Shown: in pieces, positions 28,687 to 41,300 of the stretch
Numbering within the stretch: the stretch's first letter is position 1
Layout: each line of letters begins with the position of its first letter
Assembly (NCBI GenBank): GCA_951406725.2
Contig: OX597817.1
Location: forward strand, 99,510,001-99,574,000
Reading direction: 5' to 3'
DNA: 64,000 bases
Source: Octopus vulgaris
Taxonomy: Eukaryota
Made by a program: the position numbers and the translations under genes
Notes under the pieces: model-generated
Database searches by the model: none
What the model was told of the DNA's origin: nothing
What the model saw: the letters and a program-made list of their open reading frames with translations, nothing else

Positions 28687-30054
28687 TCAGTGGTTCGACT
28701 TGTTCGTCTTCTTCTTCTTCATTTTTTCCCTCTTTTTCCGGGCTCGTGGGGGAGGCCGACGTAGGCCCTCGTATATATATGGAGATATGTCCATTCTCAG
28801 AGGGCCCACGTCGTGAAAGAATTCGGACTTTATCCGTCCGTAATCCTTCCGGCCTATTCTATAAACAATAAAGTCTTTCGTTTTTTTAATTTTTTCCACC
28901 TTTGCCATAGCTGCCAAAACGTTAATCAACCTGTTATTGGCTGCCTTAATGGCCATAAATGTATTCGTAGTTTCTTTTCTTTTTTTTTTTGGCTCACTTT
29001 CAGAGTGGTGGTTTCTGTTTTCCGTTTATTCATGGTGATTTTTGACCACCCCTCCTCTTTTTCCTTTTCTTCGCCGCTTGTTGTTTCTGTTGCTTCTTTT
29101 TTTTTCTGTTGATACTATTGTTTCTGTAGTTTCTGGTGTTTTCGCTTCTGGTTTTTCCTTTTCTGGCGGTGCTGCTACCTGCGGTTTAGGTTGGCACTCC
29201 GCTCTCACGTGCCCCTTTTTACCGCAGCCAAAACACCTCGGCTTTCTGCCCTCCACAAACACTATCACCCTCTCCTCTTCGTTGATCTTCAACGTCTCCG
29301 GAATTTCTTCCAACGTCTGTACCTCCGCCTGTATCGCCATTGAGATGCATTGGCCTTGCCAATACTCCTCCTCCTCTACTGTAGCCTGGAGGATAGTGAT
29401 CTTGTCCTCCAGGCCTAACATCACTGCCGCCACCAGACATGTGGCGTCTGTCTCTGGGGGAATGTTGTTTATTTTGATCTTCGAGGTCCTTCTGCCTCTG
29501 TACAGGGGGAGGAGGACTATATTTTCCGCTTTTAGAGGTTCACTTGATAGCTTCTTAGCTATATCTTCTGTCCTGAACCTCACTTCTACCGTTCCGAATT
29601 TTCTTCCACGGTTTATGTAGGTGATGTCCTGCCATATTGTCTTCAGGCAACACTCGATTTTCTTCTCTTCCACTCTTTGAATGGTTTTCATCGTCGTATT
29701 ATACGTTTTGTAAATTACCCTTCTTTTATCCACTTCCTCTGTCTTGCTGACGTCCGGTATTACTGTCACTTCATTACCTTCCTTTTTCAAACATGCTGCA
29801 TATTTTTCCAGGTTGCTTCTTTCAGTGTTAATTTTTTCCAGTTTTTTGCCCGCAACCTCTGAAAACTTCTTAGTAGGGGCTTCTCCTGCTTTCGGCAACA
29901 CCGCCGGTGAGCTTTCTTCACCTGATACAGGTGAATAGGAAATAGTGGTATCCATCTCTGGATGTGGCTTAACAAGCCTTTCAATTGGCTTTAACAAGCC
30001 TTCAAAAAATTCTGGCTTCGCAAGCCTTTTGTGTGTATTTTTAAATTGTTCCAC
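28687..30054 (-). pseudogene. A1 ORF1 (gag-like: RRM-like region, CCHC knuckle, charged linker, C-terminal domain; frameshifted)
   Basis: ORFs 29026-30054 and 28687-28956 are colinear with the ORF1 of A3. Confidence 0.85.
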
Positions 30055-30225
30055 AATAATTCCCCCGCCGGGGGGGGGGGGGATTTTAATACGTAGCCTT
30101 CGCGCGAAGGCTAATAACAGTTTTTACACAAAAGACACAATATATAAAACACAGTAACAGAAATTATATTAACAAACCGGTAATAATCAGCAATCGACAA
30201 AACAGACTGGCGTATAACAGACTGG

Positions 30226-31981
30226 AATGATTTTTTTATTTACCATAAAGGTTAACACAGAGATGGACAACACACCCGGGGAACTTAAAATAAGAAACCA
30301 AATGACAAGAAAAGGAAAAAATAAAAGCAATAATGAAATATGAAAGAATATTTACAATGAGATGTAAATGTCCACTCGATCCCCGGAATCAAGAGGTTAC
30401 ATTTTCGTCAGTTTTTTCACATATATTTCACCAAATTTTTTTCTTTTTTTTTTTTTTTTTCTCCTCACAATCTTACACATATTCTATGATTGTTTCCACT
30501 TCTCTGAAGTCCATCACTGAATCCGCAGGTAGCCGCTCTCTCATTCGAACCTTCGTGAAAAATATTACATTTTCCCCGGCAGCTTTGAAGAACTCAGCGG
30601 CTACTTCCTCGGGGATTAGAGCAGTCCCCTCCCACCGGTCGGTCATCCTGTTGATCCATACATGTCCCTCCGTTTCAGTTGTTACATCGGTCATTTCAGG
30701 GCAGAGTAATCCCGCTTCCGTCCTGTATTTTCCTTCATCTTCCCTTTCGGGCTTATTTCTTCCTTGTTCTCCTCTCTTTGTTTCTCTCTTTCTCTCTTTT
30801 TGCCTTCTTTTCTTTCACCTTCCTTCTCTTGTCTTTTTGGCTCTTTTTCTGTTTTCTCTTTATCTCGTACTTTATGTTCCTTTCCTGTAGTTTCTTTTTC
30901 CTTTTGTGTACCGTCTTTTCTTTTCGCTTGACTCTGTTCTTTGTCTTGTTTTTTCCCTGTTGTTTCTCTTTCCTTTTTTTCTCTTGACTCTGTTTTGGTT
31001 CTATTAATTCCTTTTCTTTTATTTCTTTTTCCTTCATTGACTTATTATTTTCTTTCTCTTGTTGTTTTGTTTCCTTTTCTTTGCTTTCTTTCTCATTTAA
31101 TGTATTATTCTTTTCCTCAAGTTCCTTTTCCTGTTCACACTCCGCTACGAATTCATATAACGGGCACTCCTTTTTAATGTGCCCCCTTGTCCCACACAAG
31201 TAACAATTGGGTTTTCTCCCCTCTACGATTGCGCTGAGAGTATTTTCGTCTTCCACCTCTATTCTGTAGGGAAACCTTTCAATGTCTTCTGTTGTGGCCA
31301 ACAGCCACAATTCCACCCCCATATCCTTTCCAGTTCATCACGTTTGACTCCTTAATCGATTCCACCTCCACTTCCTCTTCTACTGCTCCTAGAATGGCTG
31401 TTGCCAACCATGTTCGGGATTTTAACTCGAACCCCTCTTCTTCCCTTGTATGAGGGCCACATTGTAAATTTGTCCGCTCTTAGTACGGTGGTAGCCAGCG
31501 AGGCTGCAATTTCCTCCGTTGCACAACTCACCTCCACCGTACCAAATTTCTTGCCTCTACTCACATAGGTAATTTTTTTCCATTATGTCTCCCAGACATT
31601 TCTCAATTTCGTCTATCTCTATTCTTGCCAGTTTCCTTGTATTCCTGTCTTGAGTTCTATATGTCACCGTCTTGTTTTCTTTATCCTCTTTTGTTTTCGC
31701 GGGGGGGATTAGCTTCACCCTATCACCCTCCCTTTTGAAAAGCTTTTCATATTCTTTGAGTTTCTCCTTCTCAAAGAACACCTCCCTTACAATTAGCGAC
31801 GAATCGCTTTTTTTTCCGGTGACCCCCGCGTAAGTCACCATGACTAGTGGGTCAATTCACCTTCTTCAAAAGGTTTCAACACGTGGAGGCAAACGCCTCG
31901 CGCGATACCAAATCAATTCACACACAGAAAAAATTCACCGTCTTATCACAACTAACAACACCCGGACAATTAACAGACTGG
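30226..31981 (-). mobile_element. ORF1-only non-autonomous unit B1
   Basis: ORF1 pieces 31557-31841, 31352-31564, 30753-31322 (CYLCGTRGHIKKEC), 30473-30694; no endonuclease or RT; AATAAA and 3' tail resemble family A. Confidence 0.88.
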
Positions 31982-33802
31982 AATGATTTTTTTTATTTAC
32001 CATAAAGGTTAACACAGAGATGGACAACACACCCGGGGAACTTAAGATAAGAAAGCAAATGACAAGAAAAGGAAAAAATTAAAAGTAATAATGAAATATG
32101 AAAGAATATTTACAATGAGATGTAAATGTCCACTCGATCCCCGGAATCAAGAGGTTACATTTTCGTCAGTTTTTTCACATATATTTCACCAAATTTTTTC
32201 TTTTTTTTTTTCTTTTTTTTTCTCCTCACAATCTTACACATATTCTATGATTGTTTCCACTTCTCTGAAGTTCATCACTGAATCCGCAGGTAGCCGCTCT
32301 CTCACTCGAACCTTCGTGAAAAATATTACATTTTCCCCGGCAGCTTTGAAGAACTCAGCGGCTACTTCCTCGGGGATTAGAGCAGTCCCCTGCCACCGGT
32401 TGGTCATCCTGTTGACCCATACATGTCCCTCTGTTTCAGCCGCTACATCGGTCACTTCAAGGCAGAGGTGGTAGGTTATCAATCTATAACAGTAGCAATC
32501 CCGCCTCCGTCCCGTACTCTCCCTCATACTCCCCTTCGGGCCCACCTCTTCCCTGCTTTCCTCTCCTTGTCTCTCTCCCTCTCTCCCCCTGCCCTCCTCT
32601 CCTTCACCCTCCTTCCCCCATCCCTCCGGCTCCTCCTCTGCTCTCTCCCCATCTCACACTTCACGCTCCCCTCCTGCAGCTTCCCCTTCCTTCCGCGTAC
32701 CTTCCCTTCCCTTCGCTTGACTCCGCTCCTCGTCCTGTCTCTTCCCTGCTGCTTCTCCTTCCCCCTCCTTCTCTTGACTCTGTCTTGGCTCCACCGATTC
32801 CCCTTCTTCCACTTCTTCCTCCTTCACTGACTTATTATTTCCCTTCTCCTGCCGCCCCGCTTCCCTTTCCTTGCCCTCCCTCTCATCCAATGCACTATTC
32901 CTCTCTTCAACTTGCCCCTCCTGCTCACACTCCGCCACGAATTCATATAACGGGCACTCCTCCTCAATGTGCCCCCCCCCCCGTCCCACACAAGCAACAA
33001 TTGGGCCCCCTCCCATCAACGATTACGCTGAGGGTCCCCTCGTCCTCCACCTCCATTCTGTAGAGAAACCCCTCAATGTCCTCTGCTGCGGCCAACAGCC
33101 ACACACAATTCCACCCCACATCCCTCCCAGCTCCCCACGCTTGACTCCCCAATCGATTCCACCTCCACCTCCTCCGCCGCCGCTCCCAGAATGGCTGCTG
33201 CCAACCATTCATTTTCAACTTCTGGGGTCATGTTCGGGATTCCAACTCGAACCCCTCCTCCTCCCCTGTGTGAGGGCCACACTGTGAACTTTTCGGCTCC
33301 CAGCACGGTGGTATCCAGCGAGGCTGCAACTTCCTCCGTTGCACATCTCACCCCCACCGCACCAAACTTCTTGCCTCCACTCACATAAGTCATTTTTCCC
33401 ATCATGTCTCCCAGACACCTCTCGACCTCCTCTATCTCCACTTCCGCCAGCTTCCTTGCACTCCTGTCTTGGGTTCCACATGTCACCGTCTTGCCCTCTC
33501 TATCCTCCTTTGCTTTCGCGGGGGGGGGACCAGCCTCATGCTATCACCCTCCCCTTCGAAAAGCCTTTCATACTCTTTGAGCCTCTCCCTCCCAAAGAAC
33601 ACCTCCCCTACAATCAGCGACGAATCGCTTCTCCCTCCGGCGACCCCCGCGCAAGTCGCCATGACTAGAGAGCAAATTCACCCTCTTCAAAAGGTTCCAA
33701 CACGTGGAGGCAAACGCCTCGCGCGATACCAAATCAACTCACACACAGAAAAAATTCACCGTCATATCACAACCAACAACACCCGGACAATTAACAGACT
33801 GG
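31982..33802 (-). mobile_element. ORF1-only unit B2, A-to-G hypermutated copy of B1
   Basis: Near identical to B1 at both ends; dense T>C (plus strand) changes over ~32430-33680. Confidence 0.9.
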
Positions 33803-35988
33803 AATTGTTTTATTACAACCCACTAGGGGCGAACACAGAGGGGACAATACAACCTGATGTGGGGTCAGATTCTCAAATGGGGTTACAAAAAAGATGAGTT
33901 TAAAAATTCACAACAATACAAAAATGTAAAAACGAATGAAGAACAGACCGGAAGACATTACGGATGGAGTGGGGGCGGGTTTAGCTCGGACCCCACGAGC
34001 CCCGCCTCACCACTGATACTTTGGTTTCGTCTTGTTTTACATTTACGTGGTGTCATCCACTCGCAACTTTCGTGCTACATCTTTCCATCGTTCTTCATGC
34101 ACTTTCTTAGTCAGGCATTTTCTCTCCAGCCCTATCTTCCTTTTTAGGTGAAAGATGGAGTAATTCATCAGTCCAGGGCCGGAGATGAACTTGCCTGACC
34201 GTAAACCTTTCATCCTGGTCTTCCAAATCACCTCTCTCGCAATTGCTACAACAACGAGAAAACAATTCTTACCTTCTTTCGCGAGGAAATCTGGTGGGTC
34301 AATTTTTATAATAGACTCAGTCGACAGCTGTACTTTTCATGTGCTTGACAACAGCTATTCGGCATAAACCCACACCTCAGACACGACCGAACAATGAACA
34401 ATAGCGTGTGGGACGGTTTCCCTATCCCGCCCGAATCTTGGACATATCGGACTGCCTTGGCCACCGTGCCTTGCGAGTTTATCCCGAACAGGTAGAGCTC
34501 CTCTGTAACAATGCCGTGCCAGAGACTTTTGGAAGTTGTCCAGGCTCTTTGGCCCGAATGTACGTTGGAACAGACTGGCCAGCTGATTATCGTCGAGACC
34601 TAGGGCTTCCTCCAAGGTATCTTCACATTCCGCCTCTACCAACCCTCTATAAAAGAATGTGGTGGAACCCCCACCGGAGGCGTTGTCCGAGCGACAGAAT
34701 AGCAGGAGAGCCTTGCGACACTCCGTGTACCATGTGCCCAGTTTCGATCTACGATTCAGCCAGGTTTCCCATCCACCGAAACTAGTGAACTTGGGAAACA
34801 TCAGTTTTGCTAGCGGAGACCACACCCGTTCACCATCCAGGTAGAGCCACAGATGCCTTAACCACAGCGCATGTCTGCGCATCATCAGCCAAGGAATCCC
34901 TAGCCCACCATTTAACGGTTGTTGACAGCAAGTAGAGCGTTTCACAAGTGGTTTCCCGCCCTTCTCCAAAAAGTAGAAGAGCTGTCTTTCCAACTTGATC
35001 AACCACGAATCAGGGCAAGGAACGACGGATAGGCGGTGGGTGATAACCGATGCAATAAACACATTGGCTACCTCCGCCAAGACCAGGTCTTGGCTACTGC
35101 AGCCACCCTGCTCGATACCTCGCCCCAGTTCTTCTCTATTTGGAGGTCTGGACCGAACCAAACCCCGAGCAACTTAATCGGACCCTCCGTCCAACGTCCC
35201 ACGACGCTGTCTGGAGGCATCGACTTGCCTCTCCAGGTGCCGAGCTGCAAGCCGACTGACTTTTCACGATTAACCTTTGCTCCTGTTACCGTTTCGAAAA
35301 CCTCTATGGCCTTGCCTACCCTCTGTAGGTGATCCATTTCGGTTACGATGATGGTGATGTCATCCGCGTACGCTGACACCGATTTTCCACAACCTGGCTG
35401 TCTCCGGATGCCGTTCAGTTTTCGCAGTAATGGCTCAAGGGCCATCACGTACAAAAGCGGGGAGAGCGGACACTCTTGACGAACCGAGCGCTTGATGTTG
35501 AACGGCTTCGAAAAGAAGCCGTTCACCCGAACTACCGAGTTGATGTTATCGTAAATTTGAATAATCCACCTGAGGAAGCCAAGGCCCAGCCCGATCTGTG
35601 CCAGGACGGACACCAGGTAGCGATGGTCGACCCTATCAATTGCCCCACCCTTGCCAGAATCACTATTAAACCCCTCTATAGTGTAACGCATAAGATGGAG
35701 ATTATCCTGCCTCTTCTCTTTCTGTTGTTTTTTCTGGGTTTTCTGGTGTTGCCTCTGGTGGTGCTTCTTGTTTTTCCTTTTCTGGCTGAGCTGCTTCCTG
35801 CGGTTTAGGTTGGCACTCTACCCTCACGTGCCCCTTTTTACCGCAGCCGAAGCACCTCGACCTTCTGCCTTCTACGAAGACCACCACTCTTTCCTCCTCG
35901 CTGATCCTCAACGTCTCTGGGATTTCGTCTAGCGTTTGCACCTCTGCCTGAATTGCCATTGATATGCATTGACCTTGCCAATGCTCAG

Positions 35989-36960
35989 TGTAAGAAATAT
36001 GAACGCACGTGGTCGCATTGTGTAGGGAATACGATCGCACGTGGTCATATTCTTAACGAATTATTATAAGCCATAGATACAATGCAGTACCAAAAGAAAC
36101 ATAGGTGAATTGACGCCAAGCCGTACCACTGTTTGAGATAAGATAAGATTTTATTTAGCAATGGTGTTAATGTTAGAAGGTTGTGAGTGCTAGCAAGTGT
36201 GTGTGTGTGTGCATGCAACACGTGTTTGTGTCTGTGTGTTTGTGTGTGTGACATAACAATCAGAGTGAATGCGTTTGGCATAGAAGGGTACAGAGCATAG
36301 AGTTAATGATGGAAATTGATTTACTGTTCATGAGGTACACGAAGTGTAAGCGTTCAATATCAAGATGTTGTGTCTCGGAGCTGAGGTTAGTTGAATCACT
36401 TGTTGTGCTTATCTTTCTCTTGATATAGATATTCTTTCAGATATATATATACTGCAACTGTTTTTCCGTGGTGAGATTTTCACCTAACAGCATGAGTTGA
36501 ATCTGTAGTTATCTTGTGTACAAATTAAATCTTCGTAGATAGAGACGATGTTGGCGATGACGTTATGTCTGTCGCTTGGTTTACTATAGCGTCTTCATAT
36601 TATGTTTTGCTTGGTTGTCGTCTGCCTTTCGAACTGGAACATGGTTGAGTATGCTCTGTGTGGTCTCCGACTAAGACCTTAAAAGGTCTTAAGCCAAAAG
36701 ACAGTGAATCGTGATATATCAGCCTATTTAAAGAGTTGAGATGGCTCAAATGAAAAGTCCTATCCGAAAGCCGTGATTGGTCAGTTTACACACTAGCGCG
36801 AAGTAAGTAGAGAGACAGACCGCGCTTAGATGCTAACCAATCAAAATAGTGGACACAACAACGTTAACCTAGCCAAAGATGTTTGTAATCTCAAACGAGA
36901 TCATTCTTAATATTTTTCTCAAACAGTGAAGATAGCAATGAAGAAAACAATATTGCTACA
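35989..36960 (-). mobile_element. Probable solo LTR nested in A2 ORF1
   Basis: TGTAAG...CTACA inverted termini; minus-strand TTTAAATA and AATAAA; ORF1 resumes exactly after it; TSD unclear. Confidence 0.5.
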
Positions 36961-37219
36961 CTCCTCCTCCTCTACTGTGGCCTGGAGGATGTTGATTTTT
37001 TCCTCCAGGCCTACCATAACTGCCGCCATCAGGCATGTGGCGTCTGCCTCTGGGGGAATATTCTTTATTATTATTTTCGAGGTCCTTCTGCCTCTGTACA
37101 GGGAAGGAGGACAATATTCTCCGCTTTCAACGGTTCGGTTGATAGCTTCTTAGCTATCTCTTCCGTTCTGAACCTTACTTCAACTGTTCCGAATTTTTTA
37201 CCGCGATTTATATAAGTGA

Positions 37220-37733
37220 CTAGCAGTATCGCCCGGTGTTGCTCGGGTTTGTAAGGGAAATAACTATATAAGCATTTTTAGAGAGTTACTTCCCTTATAG
37301 ATGCCAATTCGGGCTTTCTTAGCCATTTCTGTTTTGGTGTCTTCAAGCCATGAAGTCATTGTTCTAAAAGAACGCTGGTCTCCTTGACAACGCTTTACGA
37401 CGTTGATTTCCTTACACTCCCTTCCCCACAGCTTCACGGGGGAGGGAAGAAGGGGGAGAAGCAAACAGGTGCAGGTGTGACCATGGACGCCAACTCCGCC
37501 GCCATCGACACACGAAAAATTATGCATTAAAATGGAATAAAAAAATTATGTTAAATCATTTTTAAAATCGTAGACTCATCGTAGACGCGCGCTAATACTC
37601 AGACGGGCTCGATATGAATCACGACTATAAGATACCCGAATTTGGTTAAACTGCTCCGCAAAATGTGGGAGTAGTTAGGAATCTAAATCGAAGGGGACAG
37701 ACACTCACACAACTACAGTTTTATATATATAGA
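37220..37733 (-). mobile_element. Non-autonomous Helitron nested in A2 ORF1
   Basis: Sense 5'-TCTATATATATAAAA..., 3' hairpin (cccggtgttgctcggg) plus CTAG; inserted between A and T without TSD. Confidence 0.88.
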
Positions 37734-38313
37734 TATCCTGCTATATTGACTTCAAGCAGTTTTCTCTTTTTTTTTCTTCTATTCTTTGGATGGTTTTACT
37801 TGTCGTGTTGTACGTCTTGTATATAATTCTTTTTTTCTCTACTTCCTCCATTTTGTTCACGTCAGGTATTATGGTCACTTCTGTACCTTCTTTTTTCAAC
37901 ACTGCTATGTATTTTTCCAGGTTTTCTGTATTAATTTTCCTCGGTTTTTTCCCCGCAACTTCAGCGAACTTCTTTGCAGGGGGTTCTGCTGCTTTTGGTG
38001 ACACCGCCGGTGATCCTGCATCACTTGACACTGGTGAGTCGGAGATAGAGGTGTCCATCTGGCTTAACAAGCCTTTCAGTTGTAAACAAAAAAGTTCTAG
38101 CTTCGCAAGTCTCTTGAGTGTTTTCACAATAAATGTATAACAATAAAAATAATTCCCCCACGGAGGGGGGAACTCCAATACGTAGCCTTCGCGCGAAGGC
38201 TAATAACAAAATTTGTACAAAAGACAAATTAAAACAGCAGTAATCAAACGTAACAATAATTAATTAAATAAACAAACCGATATTCACTAACGCAGCAGCA
38301 ATTAACAAACTGG

Positions 38314-41300
38314 ACTTGTTAGCTCTTATTTCTTTATTCACCATACGGTTGTACATATAAAGACAGAACATCACGAATGATTTTACATGAATGTGCGTTG
38401 GGGTCTATTAAAAATTTACAAATGATTATATAATTCGGATGATAGGACATTTTTTACACAAACAATTTCACAGATAGAGTGGGGCGGGCTTACGGACCCC
38501 ACGAACCCCGCCACGACACTGACCTTGGGGGTTTTTTTTTTCCTTTTTTTCCGGCTTACCTCGCATTCATGAGGGTCCTTTTACTCACCACATTCTTCCA
38601 TCTTTCATCGAACACTTTCTTACTCAGGCCCCTCCTCTCTAGTTCTATTTGTCTTTTTAGGTGGAATTTAAAATGTTCCACCAGACTAGAACCAGAGATG
38701 AAGTTGCCTGCTATCACCCCTTTCATCCTCGTCTTCCATACTGCCTGTTTCGCAATTGAAACCACAGAGAGAAAACAATTCTTACCTTCTTTCGTTAAGA
38801 AATCCGGTGGGTCAATTTTTACAATGGATTCAGTCGATAGCTGTACTCTTCCTCCACTTGACAACAGTTGTTCGGCAAAAACCCACATGTCCGCCACCTC
38901 TGAACACTGCACAACCGCGTGCGAGACGGTTTCCCTGTCTCGCCCACACCTCGGACAGGTCGGGCTGACTTGGCCACCGTGCCTTGCGAGTTTATCCTGA
39001 ACAGGTAAGGCTCCTCGGTAACACTGCCAAGCTAAGGACTTCTGAAAATTATCCAGGGTCCTCGGCCCAAATGTACGTTGGAACAGACTGGCCAGCTGAT
39101 TATCGTCGAAACCTAGGGCTTCCCCTAGCGTATCATCGCAACCGGCCTCTACAAACCTTCTATAGAAAACAGCGGTAGAACCAGTTCCTCAGGTATTGCC
39201 CGAGCGACGGAATAGTCGGAGTGCCTTGCGACACTCCGTATACCATGTATCCAACTGCGATCTGCGATTATACCAGGCTTCCCGTCCACCAAAACTGGTG
39301 AACTTGGGAAACATCTGTTTCGCCAACGGAGACCACACCCGTTCACCATCAAGATGGATACACAGATGCCTTAACCTCAGCGCATTTCTGCGCATCATTA
39401 GCCACGGCATCCCTAGTCCACCCTTTAACGGTTTTTGACAACAAACAGAGCGTCTCACAAGTGGTTTCGAGCTCTTCCACAAGAAGTGAAAGAGCTGTCT
39501 TTCCAACATGGTCAACCACGAATCCGGGCAAGGAACGACGGCAAGGCGGTAGGTGATCACCGATGCGATAAACACATTGGCTACCTCCGCCCTACCTTTC
39601 AGGGATAACCACCGCCAAGACCAGGTCTTGGCTACTGCAGCCACCCTGCTCGATACCTCTCTCCAGTTCTTCTCTATTTGGAGGTCTGATCCGAACCAAA
39701 CCCCGAGCAACTTAATCGGACCCTCCGTCCAACGTCCCACGACGCTGTCTGAAGGCATCGACTTGCCTCTCCAGGTACCGAGCTGCAAGCTGACTGACTT
39801 TTCACGATTAACTTTTGCTCCTGTCACCGTCTCGTATACCTCTATGGCCTTGCCTACTTTACGTAGGAGGTCCACTTCAGTCACGATGATAGTGATGTCA
39901 TCCGCGTACGCCGAAACCGACATTCCACGACCTGGCTGCCTCGGGATGCCACTCAGTTTTCGCAGCAGCGGCTCGAGAGCCACTACATACAAAAGCTGGG
40001 AGAGTGGGCATCCTTGACGAACCGAGCATTTGACTCTGAACGGCTTAGAAATAAAGCCGTTCACCCGAACTACTGAGTCGACGTTATCGTACATTTCGAT
40101 GATCCACCTGAGGAAGCAAAGACCCAGGCCGAACTGAGCCAGAACAGACACCAGGTAATGATGGTCGACCCTATCAAAAGCTTTTGATTGGTCTAAATGG
40201 ACCACTGCCCCTCCTTTGCCGGGATCGCTATTAATTCCCTCTATAGTGTATCTAATTAGATGGAGATTATCCTGAATGGACCTGCCTAGTACGGCACACG
40301 TTTGTGCCTTCCCTATTAGACCATCCGCGACACGCGCCAATCTATTCGATAACACTTTGGCCAAAATCTTCAGCTCTGCGTTAAGCAGAGTGATGGGCCT
40401 AAAATTATCAATGACACCCCCCCCCCCTTGTCCGGGTCCTTCTTGATTAGTGTCACCACTTCACGGCGCACAGATCTGGGAATAAACCCATTCTGCTGCC
40501 AGTTCGCGTAGACGTTCGCCAGTAAGTCCCCGAACAAGTCCGGCATACTTTTATAAAGCTCGTAGGATAGAAGCTTCACACATCTCCTCGGGCTCGTCTA
40601 TCAACTTACCTTGTTGGTTCATCAAAGATCGAATTGTGGCATCGTTACCACGTTGGGCTTCCACCACTCGGGCCCATCTCGCGGCATTAATTCCTTCGCT
40701 CCCCATTGCACGTTGTCTAGCCCTGACAATGCAACCCATGTGTTTGGCTTCGAGGTGCTGGTTCAAAACCAGTCTCTTGACCTTCACCTGGGCTGCCGTG
40801 CCAGTTCGCATTGCTTCCTCTAAGTCCTTAACTAGTGCTGATTCCCTTCTAGCCTCTCTAGCTACTAGATCTATACTATATCTAATGGACTCATATCTGA
40901 TGGCTCGCTTGAGGGAATACCACCATTTGTTGTTAATTATGGTTCCGGTCAAAGCCCTCTGAATCATTAACCTTATCCTGTCACTGTACTCCTTAATCGC
41001 CAAAAGGGACGTATTAAGTTTCCAGTAACCAGGACCTCTATTCGTCTTATCTATGTCTAGCCTACAGGTGACCATCTTGTGGTCACTGGAGCTGACCATG
41101 TGGAGCTGTGGACTCCTAGCTAGTTTCTTATCTACTTTTCTAATTAGTATTCTGTCTATGTATGACTTGGTAGATCCGTCGCTGCTTGACCATGTCCACA
41201 ATGGAGCGTTCGGATGTTCCAGTCTATATGGATCTACCAGCTCGAAACGTCTTAGTAGATCCTGGAAGCAAGCATTTCCTTTCCTATCTGTTCGCGAGCC

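Larger units (their letters stand above)
25657..30212 (-). mobile_element. Tx1/L1-group unit A1 (ORF1+ORF2, internally deleted)
   Basis: ORF1 29026-30054 with CFGCGKKGHVRAEC knuckle; APE endonuclease LNVRGL..ATET..YSDH; RT VRQGCPLSP; TSD tataacagactgg at 25644-25656 and 30213-30225. Confidence 0.92.
33803..38313 (-). mobile_element. Tx1-group unit A2 (large deletion fusing ORF1 to mid-ORF2; two nested insertions)
   Basis: RT and C-terminus 34043-35700 joined to ORF1 at ~35705; ORF1 continues at 36961-37219 and 37734-38100. Confidence 0.9.
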
